64,000 bases of DNA, from contig JBBISH010000014.1 in the NCBI GenBank assembly GCA_037441385.1, forward strand, positions 10,850-74,849, given 5' to 3'. The translations under genes were made by a program, and so were the position numbers. This DNA comes from Myxococcales bacterium (lineage in GTDB: Bacteria; Myxococcota_A; UBA9042). Below, piece after piece: positions 17,764 through 28,477 of this stretch. The notes beneath the pieces are model-generated. The model ran no database searches and was not told the origin of the DNA. It was given only the letters and a program-made list of their open reading frames with translations. Positions within the stretch are counted from its first letter, which is position 1. Every line of letters starts with the position of its first letter.

Positions 17764-19824
17764 ATGAGCAGAGCGGAGCCCATCGCCACCCACAAACTGC
17801 AGGCGATACGCAATATTGGCGTCATCGCCCACATCGACGCCGGCAAGACCACCGTGACCGAGCGCCTGCTGTTCTGCGCCGGCCGCAGCTTCAAGATGGG
17901 CGAGGTGCACGACGGTCAGGCGGTGATGGACTGGATGCCGCAAGAGCGCGAACGCGGCATCACCATCACGGCGGCCGCGACCAGTTTTGCCTGGCGCGAC
18001 TGCGAGTTCCATCTCATCGACACGCCGGGACACGTCGACTTCACCATCGAGGTCGAGCGCTCGCTGCGGGTGCTGGATGGCGCGGTGGCGGTCTTCGACG
18101 CCGTCGCCGGGGTAGAGCCGCAGAGCGAGACGGTGTGGCGGCAGGCGGATCGCTATGCGGTGCCGCGACTTGCCTACGTGAACAAAATGGACCGAGTCGG
18201 CGCCGATTTTGCCGCGGTGCTGGCCAGCCTGCGCGGCCACTTTGCCGCCCAGCAGTTCGCCCCGCTGCAGTGGCCGATCGGCGAAGGCGAGGAGTTTCAA
18301 GGGGTCTACGACTTGCTGCGCCGTCAAGCGCTGCGCTGGCCAGACCCCGAAGACCCGCGGCAGGTCGACATCACGCCGGGATTGCCGCCCGACGCCGAAA
18401 CTCGCCGCGCCGAGTTGATCGAGCAATTGGCCAACGGCGACGACGCGCTGGCCGACGTGTGGCTTCAGGGGCGCGAACCTGAGCTCCCGCAGCTGCTTGC
18501 GGCGTTGCGCCGCGGGACGCTGACCGGGCAGCTGGTGCCGGTGCTGGCCGGCGCGGCCCTGCGCAACCAGGGCATCCCGCCGCTGCTGGACGCGGTGGTC
18601 GATTTTCTGCCGTCGCCGCTGGATGTTCCGCCGGTGCAGGGCCACCACCCGCGCAGCCAGGCGGCCGAGGAGCGCCACCCCGACAGCGAAGGTCCGCTGT
18701 GTGCGCTGGCGTTCAAGGTCTCGGCCTTGGACGAGGGGCGACGCTTTGTATTCCTGCGTATTTACTCGGGAACGTTGAGCGAGGGCGACGAGGTCTGGAA
18801 CGCCAGCCGCCAGGTGCACGAGCGCATCACGCGGCTGGTGCTACTCCACGCGGCGCAGAAAAATCGCGTGCAATCGCTGGGCGCCGGGCACATCTGCGCG
18901 GTGGCGGGCCTAAAGAAGACGATGACCGGCGATACCTTGGCCGATGTGCGCCACCCGATCGTGCTGGAGTCGCTGACCGCCTACGAGGCGGTGATCAGCC
19001 AGGCCTTTGAACCGCAGCGCCACGCCGACCGCGACGCTCTGCTCGAGGCCTTGGCACGGATGGCCGACGAAGATCCCACGCTGCGGGTCCGCGAAGACCC
19101 GCAAACCGGCGAAATCCTGGTCAGCGGCATGGGGGAACTGCACCTAGAGGTGGCGGCCGACCGGTTGCAGCGCGAAAACAACTTGGCGGTGCGCATCGGC
19201 AGGCCGCAAGTGCTGCTGCGCGAGGCAATTACCGGGCCGGCGCGCGCCCAGGGTGTGTTCGAGCGATCCAGCGAGCAGGGCGACCTGTTCGGCGCTGTAG
19301 AGGTGCGGGTCGAGCCGCTGCCGCGCGGGCAAGGCAATGAATTCCAGATCGATCCCGGCGTGACCGACAAGCGGTTCAACCAGGGTGAGATCGCCGCGCT
19401 GTGCCGGCAAGGGGCGCTGAGTGCCCTGAACGGCGGGGCGCTGCAGGGTTATCCGCTGGGCGACGTGCGGGTGACGCTGCTGGGCGCGACCTGGAAGGAC
19501 GGGCTGTCCAAGCCGGCGGCCTACGAGGTGGCGGCCGGGCGGGCGGTGCGGGCGGCCTGCGAGCAGGCCGGGCCGATCCTGCTGGAACCGATCATGGCCA
19601 TCGAAGTCGTGGTGCCGGTGGACTTTTTGGGCGAGGCGCTGGCCACCTTGTCGGCCCGTCGCGGTCAGGTGCGCGATGTGCTGGACGCCCACGGCCATGC
19701 GCGGGTGGTGCAGGCCGAGGCGCCGCTGCGGCAGATGTTCGGCTATGCCACCGAGCTGCGGTCGGCCACCCAAGGTCGCGCCACCTTCACGATGCGCTTC
19801 GATCGCTACGACCAGGCGGGCTGA
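17764..19824 (+). CDS. fusA: Elongation factor G (stand-alone paralog)
   Basis: AHIDAGKTT, ERERGITI, DTPGHVDF, NKMD, GMGELHLE, MFGYATELRS; no rpsL/rpsG/tuf neighbours. Confidence 0.9.
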   Translation: MSRAEPIATHKLQAIRNIGVIAHIDAGKTTVTERLLFCAGRSFKMGEVHDGQAVMDWMPQERERGITITAAATSFAWRDCEFHLIDTPGHVDFTIEVERSLRVLDGAVAVFDAVAGVEPQSETVWRQADRYAVPRLAYVNKMDRVGADFAAVLASLRGHFAAQQFAPLQWPIGEGEEFQGVYDLLRRQALRWPDPEDPRQVDITPGLPPDAETRRAELIEQLANGDDALADVWLQGREPELPQLLAALRRGTLTGQLVPVLAGAALRNQGIPPLLDAVVDFLPSPLDVPPVQGHHPRSQAAEERHPDSEGPLCALAFKVSALDEGRRFVFLRIYSGTLSEGDEVWNASRQVHERITRLVLLHAAQKNRVQSLGAGHICAVAGLKKTMTGDTLADVRHPIVLESLTAYEAVISQAFEPQRHADRDALLEALARMADEDPTLRVREDPQTGEILVSGMGELHLEVAADRLQRENNLAVRIGRPQVLLREAITGPARAQGVFERSSEQGDLFGAVEVRVEPLPRGQGNEFQIDPGVTDKRFNQGEIAALCRQGALSALNGGALQGYPLGDVRVTLLGATWKDGLSKPAAYEVAAGRAVRAACEQAGPILLEPIMAIEVVVPVDFLGEALATLSARRGQVRDVLDAHGHARVVQAEAPLRQMFGYATELRSATQGRATFTMRFDRYDQAG

Positions 19825-19827
19825 GCG

Positions 19828-21171
19828 ATGGCCCTGTCGCTGCAGACGCGCCGCGGCCGCCTGGCTACGCTGTTCTTCCTGTACGTGACCGAGGGCATTC
19901 CCTTGGGTTTTACGGCGGTGACGCTGGCGACCGAGATGCGCCGCCGCGGCCTGGGCGTGAAGCAAATTGGCACGTTCGTGGCGTCGCTGTACCTGCCGTG
20001 GGCGTGGAAGTGGGCGCTGGGACCGGTGATCGACGTGGTGGCGTCGGACCGCTGGGGGCGGCGGCGCGGCTGGATCTTGGGCGCGCAAGTCATGATGGTG
20101 CTGACGCTGGCGGCAGCGCTGAACCTGGACTTGGTGGGCCAGATTGGCGCGCTGACCGCGTTGGTGATTGTGCACAACGTGTTTGGCGCCAGCCAAGACG
20201 TGGCCATCGACGCCCTGGCCTGCCAAGTGCTGCCCGAAGACGAGCGTGGCCTGGCCAATGGCTTGATGTTCGCTGGCGCGTACGTGGGTCAGGCCGTGGG
20301 TGGCTCGGGGGTGCTGTACCTGCGCGAACCGCTGGAGCAGGCCCTGGGCAAAGACGGAGCGCTCAAGGCCAGTTTCGCGCTGGTCGCCGCGGCGATCCTG
20401 GCAGTGACGCTGGGAGTGGTGCGGCCGCTGCGCGAGCCACCAGGGCCGGCGCGCCCCCAAGCGGACGGGCCGCCGCTGCAGGCGATCCTTGGTCAACTCA
20501 AGGACTTTGTGCTCGCTACCTGGCGCTCGTTCACCAGCTCGCGGCCGGCGCGGGTCGCCGTGCTGTTCGCGCTGTTACCCGCCGGGGCGATGGCGCTGTC
20601 GCTGTCGCTCCAGAGCAGCTTGTCGGTTGAACTGGGCCTTAGCGACCCCGAGATCGCGACCCTGAGCCTGTGGTGCACGATCCTGTCGGCGCTGTTTTGT
20701 GTGGTGGGTGGCAAGATCTCGGACCGCCTGGGCCGGCGGCGCATGTTGGCGATCTATTTGACGTTGACTGCATTGCCCACGGCTTGGCTGGCCTGGCAGA
20801 TGCACCGCTATGGCTGGATCCTGCCCTCCGCTCCCGGCGTACCCAATCGCCCGGCGGTGGCGGCTGAGCTGCCGCGCGCGTTGTGGATCGCCAGCTTGGC
20901 CTACACGGTGCCGCAGGGCCTGATGTACGGCACGCGGGTCGCGCTGTTCATGGACGTGACCAATCCGGCGGTGGCGGCGACCCAGTTCACCGGATATATG
21001 GCTCTGCTGAACGTGGCGATCGCGATCTCGGCGCGTTGGCAGGGCTGGTCGGCCGAGCACTGGGGCTACCCGGTCACGCTCGCCCTCGACGCCGGGCTGG
21101 CGCTGACTAGCGTGCCGCTGCTGCTGTGGATGGGCAAACCGGCAACGGCGAGCGCCCGGCCGCCGGAATAG
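19828..21171 (+). CDS. AmpG-like MFS permease
   Basis: LYxxEGIPxG, LPWxWKWxxGPxxD, GRRRGWI, ASQDVAIDALA, ATQFTGYMAL. Confidence 0.85.
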   Translation: MALSLQTRRGRLATLFFLYVTEGIPLGFTAVTLATEMRRRGLGVKQIGTFVASLYLPWAWKWALGPVIDVVASDRWGRRRGWILGAQVMMVLTLAAALNLDLVGQIGALTALVIVHNVFGASQDVAIDALACQVLPEDERGLANGLMFAGAYVGQAVGGSGVLYLREPLEQALGKDGALKASFALVAAAILAVTLGVVRPLREPPGPARPQADGPPLQAILGQLKDFVLATWRSFTSSRPARVAVLFALLPAGAMALSLSLQSSLSVELGLSDPEIATLSLWCTILSALFCVVGGKISDRLGRRRMLAIYLTLTALPTAWLAWQMHRYGWILPSAPGVPNRPAVAAELPRALWIASLAYTVPQGLMYGTRVALFMDVTNPAVAATQFTGYMALLNVAIAISARWQGWSAEHWGYPVTLALDAGLALTSVPLLLWMGKPATASARPPE

Positions 21172-21246
21172 TTTGCCCCCTGCCTGGGGTTACGGCAGGA
21201 TACGCCAGCTTGGCCCGCTCCCAGGCTACTTTGTAGAGGCCCCCGC

Positions 21247-23280
21247 TTGCCGCCTTCCCCGCAGCCCGCACCCGCTACCCTGCCGCCCACGGTGTCGCTT
21301 GCCGCAGGGGCGGAGCCGCGGGACAAGTCCGGCAAGCGCTTCAGCGATCTGTGGACGGTGCACCAACTGAACGAGCGGACCCGCGACTTGGGCGCGACGG
21401 CGACGCTGCTGCCACCGGTCGAGCCGTCTGTGGTCGCCCCGAATCTGCACGCGCTACCTCATTTGGGCCAGGCCGGCGCCGGGGACCGCCCGCCCGACTT
21501 GGCGATCGGCAAGACCATCGGCGAAGGCGGCATGGGCGTGGTGCGGGCCGCCAAGCAGCTGTCGCTGGGACGCGAGGTGGCGGTCAAGACGCTGCGGCGC
21601 GAGCAAGCTACGCCGGCCTCGATCCACAAGCTGCTGCAAGAGGCGCTGATCACCGGTACGCTCGAACATCCTGACATCATTCCCGTGTATGCGCTGGGCC
21701 AAGACGAACACGGCCTGCCGATGCTGGTGATGAAGCGCGTGGAAGGGACGAACTGGAGCGACCTGCTGCACCAGCCCGATCACCCGCTGGTCACGAACGA
21801 CCCACGGGAACCGCTGGTCTTCCATCTGGAAGTGCTGATGCGCGTCTGCCATGCGGTCGCGTTCGCCCACGGCAAGGGCATCTTGCACCGCGACCTGAAG
21901 ACGGCCAACGTGATGATCGGCCGCTTTGGCGAAGTCTACGTGCTGGATTGGGGCATCGCCGTGGCCCTGCACGATGACGGCACCGGTTGTCTGCCGCTGG
22001 CGCGCGACGCCCTGGCGGTGGCGGGGACGCCGAGCGCCATGGCCCCCGAAATGGTGCACGGCGACGGCATGTTGCTGGGCGAACATACCGACGTGTTCTT
22101 GCTGGGCGCGATTTTGCACGAGATTCTGACGGGTGAAATGCGCTTTGCGGGGACGGACTTGTATCAGGTCATGTTCGCTGCGTACGAGTGCAGTCCGTAC
22201 GCCTATCCAGACGATTTGCCGGCCGAGTTGGTGGCCATCTGCCGCCGCGCTACGGCCCGCGAACCGACCGAGCGCTACCCCAGCGCCGCCGACTTGCGTA
22301 CCGCGCTGAGCGTGTTCTTGCAGCACCGGACGTCGCTGGCCCTGCACCAAACGGCGCGCGCGGCGATGACGCAGTTCCAGTCGGCGGTGGCCGAGCCCGC
22401 CAGCGAGGCGACCAGTATCGAAGTACGGCGGTGGCTGACCGAGGCGCGGCTGGCGTTGCGCGAAGCCCTGCGCGCCTGGCCCGAAAACCAAGGTGCTCAG
22501 GCAGACTTGCGAGCCATGTTGCTGTACGGCGCCAACTGGCACCTGCAGACCGGCGATGTCGAGGGCGCCGCGGCGCTGGCCGAGGAGCTGGGCGCCGAGC
22601 CCGCCGAGCTGCACTTGCGCGTCGAGGCCGCCCGCCAAGAGGCCGCCCGGACTGCGGCCGAAGTGGCCAAGCTGCAGCGCGACTTTGACCCGCGCATCGG
22701 CGCGCGCACGCGGAGCTTCTTGGCGTTGGTGCTGGCGGTGGGCTGGTCCGTGTTGCCGATGGCGCTGCGCTTCTTTGGCGACCGAGTGGGCTACCGCCTG
22801 TCCTTGGGGCAACTGCTGGCCGCGACCGGGCTCTTCGCCGGCTTCATCGCCTTTGCCGCGATTTGGGCGCGCGAGTCGATGTTCCGGAGCCACCTCAATC
22901 GCAGTCTGCTCGCCAGCGGCGCGGCGATGACTGTGGCCGTTTTTGCCGTGCGCGCGCTGTGTTGGCACTTCGACCTCCCCTTCGAAGTGGCGATGACCTT
23001 TGACCTGGTGGTGTTTGGCCTGGTGCTGGCGATGCTGACCGCGACCCAGTGGCGGCGGTTAGGGGTGCCGGCGGCGGTGTTCTTTACCGGCGCGGCGTTC
23101 GCGGCGACGCACCAGCAGTGGGTGCTCGAGACCACGGCGTTGTCGAACCTGGTGGCGATGTCGCTGGTGGCGTTCGCCTGGCGCCCGGCCGACTACGACG
23201 ACTGCGCGATCGTGGCGGTGGCGGCGACGCCGGTGAAGGCACGGCTGATCGACGTGACGAACCATTCTCGCTCGACTTGA
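21247..23280 (+). CDS. Hanks-type Ser/Thr protein kinase with C-terminal multi-TM domain
   Basis: IGEGGMGVV, VAVK, HRDLKTAN, DWG, GTPSAMAPE; about six C-terminal TM helices. Confidence 0.9.
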   Translation: MPPSPQPAPATLPPTVSLAAGAEPRDKSGKRFSDLWTVHQLNERTRDLGATATLLPPVEPSVVAPNLHALPHLGQAGAGDRPPDLAIGKTIGEGGMGVVRAAKQLSLGREVAVKTLRREQATPASIHKLLQEALITGTLEHPDIIPVYALGQDEHGLPMLVMKRVEGTNWSDLLHQPDHPLVTNDPREPLVFHLEVLMRVCHAVAFAHGKGILHRDLKTANVMIGRFGEVYVLDWGIAVALHDDGTGCLPLARDALAVAGTPSAMAPEMVHGDGMLLGEHTDVFLLGAILHEILTGEMRFAGTDLYQVMFAAYECSPYAYPDDLPAELVAICRRATAREPTERYPSAADLRTALSVFLQHRTSLALHQTARAAMTQFQSAVAEPASEATSIEVRRWLTEARLALREALRAWPENQGAQADLRAMLLYGANWHLQTGDVEGAAALAEELGAEPAELHLRVEAARQEAARTAAEVAKLQRDFDPRIGARTRSFLALVLAVGWSVLPMALRFFGDRVGYRLSLGQLLAATGLFAGFIAFAAIWARESMFRSHLNRSLLASGAAMTVAVFAVRALCWHFDLPFEVAMTFDLVVFGLVLAMLTATQWRRLGVPAAVFFTGAAFAATHQQWVLETTALSNLVAMSLVAFAWRPADYDDCAIVAVAATPVKARLIDVTNHSRST

Positions 23281-23393
23281 CGCAACCAGGGGCGACCGCG
23301 CGGACCGGCGAAGAAAAATCGGAAATAGCGTAATATATTCGATGACATAACACAAGGTTGACGCTTGTCGCGCGCCGGCGCACGCTTGGCGAC

Positions 23394-26300
23394 ATGAGCG
23401 CGCGCCTGGGGCTGATTTGGGCTGGTATCGCGGTCGCGCTGGCCGAGCCAGCCGTCGCGGCGCCGATGCGCGGCATGGTCACCTGCAATGGCCAGCCGGC
23501 CTACCACGCGATGGTGCAAGGTTTTGCCGATGCCGACGCGACGGCGCCGCTGGGCGAGGCCTTCACGGACGCCAAAGGGCAGTTCAGCCTGACGCTCAAG
23601 CCGGGTGCAACCGTGTTGCGTGCGCGCCGCAGTGTGCGCGACGACACCGGTGAGCCGCGCCGCCTGCAGAGCCTGGCCGTGCCCATCGGCAGCAAGACGC
23701 CGGTGGTGGCGCTGGTCGAGCGCGAGGTGCGCAACCGCGACGTGCCGGCGACTCCAGGCGATCTGCAATGGTGCACGCGGGCGCGGCCGGTCGCGGAGCA
23801 GAGTCAAATCGAAGGCGTGGTGGCCAGGCTCGCTGGCATGGCGAGCGACGGCTGGGCTGGCGAAGTCGAAGGCAACGCCGCGATGCTGAAGCGCTACGAT
23901 GCGGAGCCGGTGGGCCACGTCTTGGACGAGCGGCTCAAGGCGGCCGAACTGCGCCACGATCTGGACGAACTGACGCGCATGGCGGCGCTCACGACGGTGG
24001 TGGGGCTGGTCATCGACGAACCAGAGCTGCAGGCGGCTGGCCAGGCTTGGCAGGCCATCGTCGACTTGTACCGCGGCAAACAGGCAGACGCGCTGCAGAA
24101 ATTCTGGACGGTGCTGGTGCTGCAGCAAAAGGCAGTCGATCGCGAGACCCGGCCGGGCTGGCGCAAGGGTCGGCTGGCAACCTTGGCCCTGTTCTACGAA
24201 TTCGCCGGGAACCTCGCGGGCGCAATCCACGATGGGGCCACGGTGGGGCTCTTCGGCGAGGCCGCCAAGTTCTACGAAGAGGTGGATCAGCCGCGGGACG
24301 CCGCGAAATTGCACCAACAATTGGGCTTCACTGCCAGCTTGGCGGGGGACGCGGCCAAAGCGGTCCAGTCCTACGCCGCGGCGCTGCGGGTCCTGGGCGA
24401 CCTGCCCGAGCCTCTTCTGCGGGCGCGAATCCAAGGCCGCTGGGCGCAATTGGCAAAAGGCGACGAGCAGTTGCGCTTGCTGCGCGCGGCCGAGATCGAG
24501 CTGGCCAAGGCCCGACCGGGGCTGGAGTCGGCGGGAATTCAAATCGACCTGGGCAAAGCGTGGAGCGGGCGCGACGACTACCAAACGGCGCTGGTCTTGC
24601 TCGACGCAGCTGTCAAGACTTTAGACGGGCTGCCGGCAAGTCCGCTGCGGCGCGTGCAGCAGTGGTCGGCGCTGGGCGCCAGCGGCCGCGGCTACGTGCA
24701 TTTCAACTTGCGGCATTTGCCCCAAGCGGCGGCGGATTTGCGGCGGGCCATCCCGTTGCAGCCCGACTCGCTGCCGCCCCAGGATTGCGCCGCCGAGCAG
24801 CAGATGTTGGGCTACGTGCTCGCCGAGCAGGGCCAGCAGCCTGATGCGCGCGCCGCCTTTGAACTGGGCATCACGCTGGCGCAAAAGGGGACCGCCGAGC
24901 GCGATCGCGACCGCGAGCTGCTCTTGCGCGAACAGGTGGCCTGGACGTGGCTGGACAGCGAGCCGCCAGAACCGGCCAAGGCCCTGCAAGTACTGGACGA
25001 GGCGATTCAAAAGGCCAACCGCCAGGGACTGACCGCCCGCGAGGGGCGCTTGTGCGAGACGGCCGCCCACGCCGCCAGCCCCGAGGCAACCGCGCCCGCC
25101 GCGCAGCGCAAGCGCACGCTGACCTACCTGGAGCGCGCCGAGTCCTGCTACGACCAGACCAAGGACGCCGAGGGGTTGGCGCGGGTGCGCCGCCACTTGG
25201 CACAAGAGCGCCGCCTGATGGCCTTTGCCGAGCAGCAGAGCGGCAGGCGCGCCGATGCCGAGACCTCGCTGCGTGCGGCCCTGGCTGAGTTCGAGCGCAG
25301 CGGTGCCCGCGCGGATGCACAAGAAGCGGCGGACCAACTGGCGCTTTTGCTCTACGAACAGCGGCGGTGGCTGGAGGCGGCCGCCCTGTGGCAAAAGCAC
25401 GCGGACTGGCTGGCGACCCCGGAGGCCGAGCAAGCGGCAGCCGATACCGTGGCGAACCTGCCGCGGCCATCGGCCGAGACCAAGCGCAACCTGACCCCCG
25501 GTGCCCGCCGCGCAGTGACGCTGAGCCTGCTGGCCAGTTGCTACACGGCGGCCGGCGAAGCCGACCAAGCGCTGGCCGTACGCCAGCAAGAGGCCGGGCT
25601 ACGCAGCCAACAGGGTGACGTGCCCGGCGCGAGCGGTGCTTGGCAGCAGCTGGCGCTGGATGCGGCCGTGGCGGGTCGTCGGCCGCTGTTCGACAAGGCG
25701 CTGCGTTTCCTGGTGGATCACGCCAGCGACGCCTCGAGCAAAGCGATGGTGGCGGCGCTCCGCATCCTGCCCGACGTTCTGGGCAGCGACCTGGAGGCAG
25801 CGCGCCGGGCCAAGGACGAACTGGCCAACGAACTGGCGGCCTTGTCGGTGGGCGCGGCGGATCTGCCCGAGCGCCAAGGTCTGGTGCAAGGTTGGGCCAT
25901 GCTGGGTTCGCTGCAGGCGCGCCTGGGCGAGCCGGGGCCGGGGCTGGCGTCGCTGCAGAAGGCGGCCGACTGGTCCGACGCGGCCGGCAAGGCGGCCATG
26001 CTCAGCAAGATCGGCCACCTGTGTCGCATGCTGGGGCGCTTGCAGGAAGCCCTGGACGCCCAGCAAAAGGTGCTGGAGCTGGCCGACCAAGCCGCGATGT
26101 ATGTCAAGCCTTCGTACTTGCTGACCACGCTGGCCGACGTGTTCGAGGTGTACCAGGCCCTCGGCAACCGCGACGGTGCCCAGACCGTGCTCAGGCGCGC
26201 CCTAGCGGTGGCGCAAGAGGTCGAGGCGCAACCGCGCCAGCAGGCCGACGATCGGAAGATTCTTGCCGACTTCCAGGCGATGCTCGCGCTGCGGTCAGTC

Positions 26301-28385
26301 GTGGCTGGTCACCCCGAGCAGGGGCTGGAGCTGGCCGACCGCGCGCTCGCCGTGTACCCGCGGCAGTTCCACGACGAAAACACGGCGACCGCGGCGATGG
26401 CGCGAGCGTTGGCCCGCAACCTGGCTTTCTTGAAGGCGTCGACCGCCGCGCTGCGCCAAGCTACGGCCAACCCGAAGTCGCCTGAATTCGCCAAGGTCGT
26501 GGCCGACGTGGAGCGCGGGCAGCGCGAGCACGCCGCGGAATTGCAGTCGGCCATGGAGGCGGCGCTGGCAGAGCTCGCGGTCACTCCTCTGGCCTTGGGT
26601 GCGAGCGCCCTGCAGGGCGTAGCGGGCAGCGACAAGGCCAAGCACAGCGAGGTGCAAAAGATTCTTGATCTCGCCCACCAGCGGGCCCTGGCCGGCGGCC
26701 GGGTCAGCGACCTGTCGACCCTGTCGTGGCTCGCTGGGCGCAGCGCGGAGGCCATCGGCGACCGCCAGGGCGCCATCGTCGCCTACCGGCGCGCCATCGA
26801 AGAAGAAGAAGTGGTGCGGACTTCGTTGGCGTCCGACATCCACAAGGCCGCGCTGGGCGAGAGCCGTGACCAGGTCTACGCCAGCTTGGAGCGCCTGTAC
26901 GCCCAAGAGGGCCAGGCAGCGGAGGCGCTGGAGGTGAGCGAGCAGCGGCGGGCACGGGCCCTGCTCGACGTGTTGGCGACCGGACAATTGCGGGGCAAAT
27001 TGCGCAACAACGCGCCGTCGCGCGAGCTGCAGCAATTGGCCGAGCGGATGCAGGCGCTGGCGGCCCAGGACCAAGCCTTGGATCTGCAGCTGGGCAGCGG
27101 CCCGGTCGCGCGGCTGGACGCCGCCTCGGGCAAGCGCCAGTTGGTCGATACGGCCCGGCCGCAGCTGCGTGTGCGCGTGGCGGGGCGCGAGGCGGCCGCC
27201 GAGGCCCTGTGGCGGCAACTGGCCGAAGCGCGCCGACGCGCCGCGGGTTCATCGGCCGAGCTGACCTCGCTGGTGACGGCGCCCGCGGTCCAGGTCGACG
27301 AACTGCGCAGCATGGCCCGGCAGCGCGGCGCGCATCTGCTCGAGTGGTCCGTGCACGACGACACGCTGTGGATCTACGTGGTCAGCCCGGCTGGTCGGGT
27401 CGACGGGCGACAAGTCTCGGTCACTGCAAAGGATCTTGAGACCAAGGTGCGGGCGCTCCGCGGTGCACTGGGCGCAGGCGTGGATCGCGACCTGGGGCGC
27501 GGCGGCGAGGCCTTGGGGGCTCCTGAGCCGTCTGGCGGCGACGCGACGGCACTGCTGGCCGACCTGCACCGCACGCTGATCGCGCCCGTCGCAGACCTGC
27601 TCCCCCTGGATGGCAAGACGCCGGTGATCGTGGCGCCCCACCGCTCGCTGCTGCTGCTGCCGCTGGTCGCGTTGACCGACGCCAAGGGCCAGCCCTGGGG
27701 TGCCAGCACGTCGCTAGCGGTGGTGCCGTCGCTGGGTGTGTTGCGCTACACGCAGGCCAAGCACACCGGGGCGGCCAAGGGCGGCGCGCTGGTCGTTGGC
27801 AACCCGCAAATGCCCGTGTGGCAAGGCCAGCCCCTGCCGCCCCTGGCGGGCGCAGAGCGCGAAGCGGCCGAGGTGGCGCGCACACTGGCTGGCCCAGGAA
27901 TCGAGTTGCTGACTGGCGCCAAGGCGACCGAGACCAAGGTGCGCAAGTCCATGCAGGGCAAGCGCTTCCTGCACCTGGCCACCCACGGTGTGGCGCGCGA
28001 TGACCAGCCGGGCGAGAGCTTTGTGGCCCTGGCCAAAGACGCTGGCGCCGACGGGCTCTTGACGGTGGGCGAAGTGCTGGATCTGCAATTGCAGGCCGAC
28101 TTGGTCGTGCTGTCGGCCTGCCAGACCGGGCTGGGTAAAGTGAGTGGCGACGGCGTATTGGGCCTGGGGCGCGCCTTCCTCTACGCCGGCACGCCGCGCG
28201 TGGTCGTGAGCCTGTGGTCCGTGCCCGACGAGCCCACCGCGCTGCTGATGGCCACCTTCTACGCCGGGCTCCGTGCCGGTCAGGCCCCGGCCGATGCCCT
28301 GCGCGCCGCCCAGTCCACCACGCGCGCCAAGTTCCCAGACCCGCGCGCCTGGGCCGCCTTCGCGATGGTCGGCGAGCCCCGCTGA
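23394..28385 (+). CDS. Large TPR + CHAT (caspase-like) domain protein with signal peptide
   Basis: N-terminal signal peptide; helical TPR-like body; HLATHG and LSACQTG dyad; VVVSLWSV and WAAF. Confidence 0.9.
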   Translation: MSARLGLIWAGIAVALAEPAVAAPMRGMVTCNGQPAYHAMVQGFADADATAPLGEAFTDAKGQFSLTLKPGATVLRARRSVRDDTGEPRRLQSLAVPIGSKTPVVALVEREVRNRDVPATPGDLQWCTRARPVAEQSQIEGVVARLAGMASDGWAGEVEGNAAMLKRYDAEPVGHVLDERLKAAELRHDLDELTRMAALTTVVGLVIDEPELQAAGQAWQAIVDLYRGKQADALQKFWTVLVLQQKAVDRETRPGWRKGRLATLALFYEFAGNLAGAIHDGATVGLFGEAAKFYEEVDQPRDAAKLHQQLGFTASLAGDAAKAVQSYAAALRVLGDLPEPLLRARIQGRWAQLAKGDEQLRLLRAAEIELAKARPGLESAGIQIDLGKAWSGRDDYQTALVLLDAAVKTLDGLPASPLRRVQQWSALGASGRGYVHFNLRHLPQAAADLRRAIPLQPDSLPPQDCAAEQQMLGYVLAEQGQQPDARAAFELGITLAQKGTAERDRDRELLLREQVAWTWLDSEPPEPAKALQVLDEAIQKANRQGLTAREGRLCETAAHAASPEATAPAAQRKRTLTYLERAESCYDQTKDAEGLARVRRHLAQERRLMAFAEQQSGRRADAETSLRAALAEFERSGARADAQEAADQLALLLYEQRRWLEAAALWQKHADWLATPEAEQAAADTVANLPRPSAETKRNLTPGARRAVTLSLLASCYTAAGEADQALAVRQQEAGLRSQQGDVPGASGAWQQLALDAAVAGRRPLFDKALRFLVDHASDASSKAMVAALRILPDVLGSDLEAARRAKDELANELAALSVGAADLPERQGLVQGWAMLGSLQARLGEPGPGLASLQKAADWSDAAGKAAMLSKIGHLCRMLGRLQEALDAQQKVLELADQAAMYVKPSYLLTTLADVFEVYQALGNRDGAQTVLRRALAVAQEVEAQPRQQADDRKILADFQAMLALRSVVAGHPEQGLELADRALAVYPRQFHDENTATAAMARALARNLAFLKASTAALRQATANPKSPEFAKVVADVERGQREHAAELQSAMEAALAELAVTPLALGASALQGVAGSDKAKHSEVQKILDLAHQRALAGGRVSDLSTLSWLAGRSAEAIGDRQGAIVAYRRAIEEEEVVRTSLASDIHKAALGESRDQVYASLERLYAQEGQAAEALEVSEQRRARALLDVLATGQLRGKLRNNAPSRELQQLAERMQALAAQDQALDLQLGSGPVARLDAASGKRQLVDTARPQLRVRVAGREAAAEALWRQLAEARRRAAGSSAELTSLVTAPAVQVDELRSMARQRGAHLLEWSVHDDTLWIYVVSPAGRVDGRQVSVTAKDLETKVRALRGALGAGVDRDLGRGGEALGAPEPSGGDATALLADLHRTLIAPVADLLPLDGKTPVIVAPHRSLLLLPLVALTDAKGQPWGASTSLAVVPSLGVLRYTQAKHTGAAKGGALVVGNPQMPVWQGQPLPPLAGAEREAAEVARTLAGPGIELLTGAKATETKVRKSMQGKRFLHLATHGVARDDQPGESFVALAKDAGADGLLTVGEVLDLQLQADLVVLSACQTGLGKVSGDGVLGLGRAFLYAGTPRVVVSLWSVPDEPTALLMATFYAGLRAGQAPADALRAAQSTTRAKFPDPRAWAAFAMVGEPR

Positions 28386-28416
28386 GGCCTTCGCGACACA
28401 AGGCACCCTTGTGCGA

Positions 28417-28471
28417 TACCGAATCCGTCTGGATCGGCTCAAAAGTCTTCGGCAATTCCCCGGTCCAGACC
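28417..28471. mobile_element. Family A repeat, truncated and diverged copy
   Basis: TACCGAATCCGTCTGGATCGGCTCAAAAGTCTTCGGCAATTC resembles the left arm of 6276-6407. Confidence 0.6.
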
Positions 28472-28477
28472 AAACTA

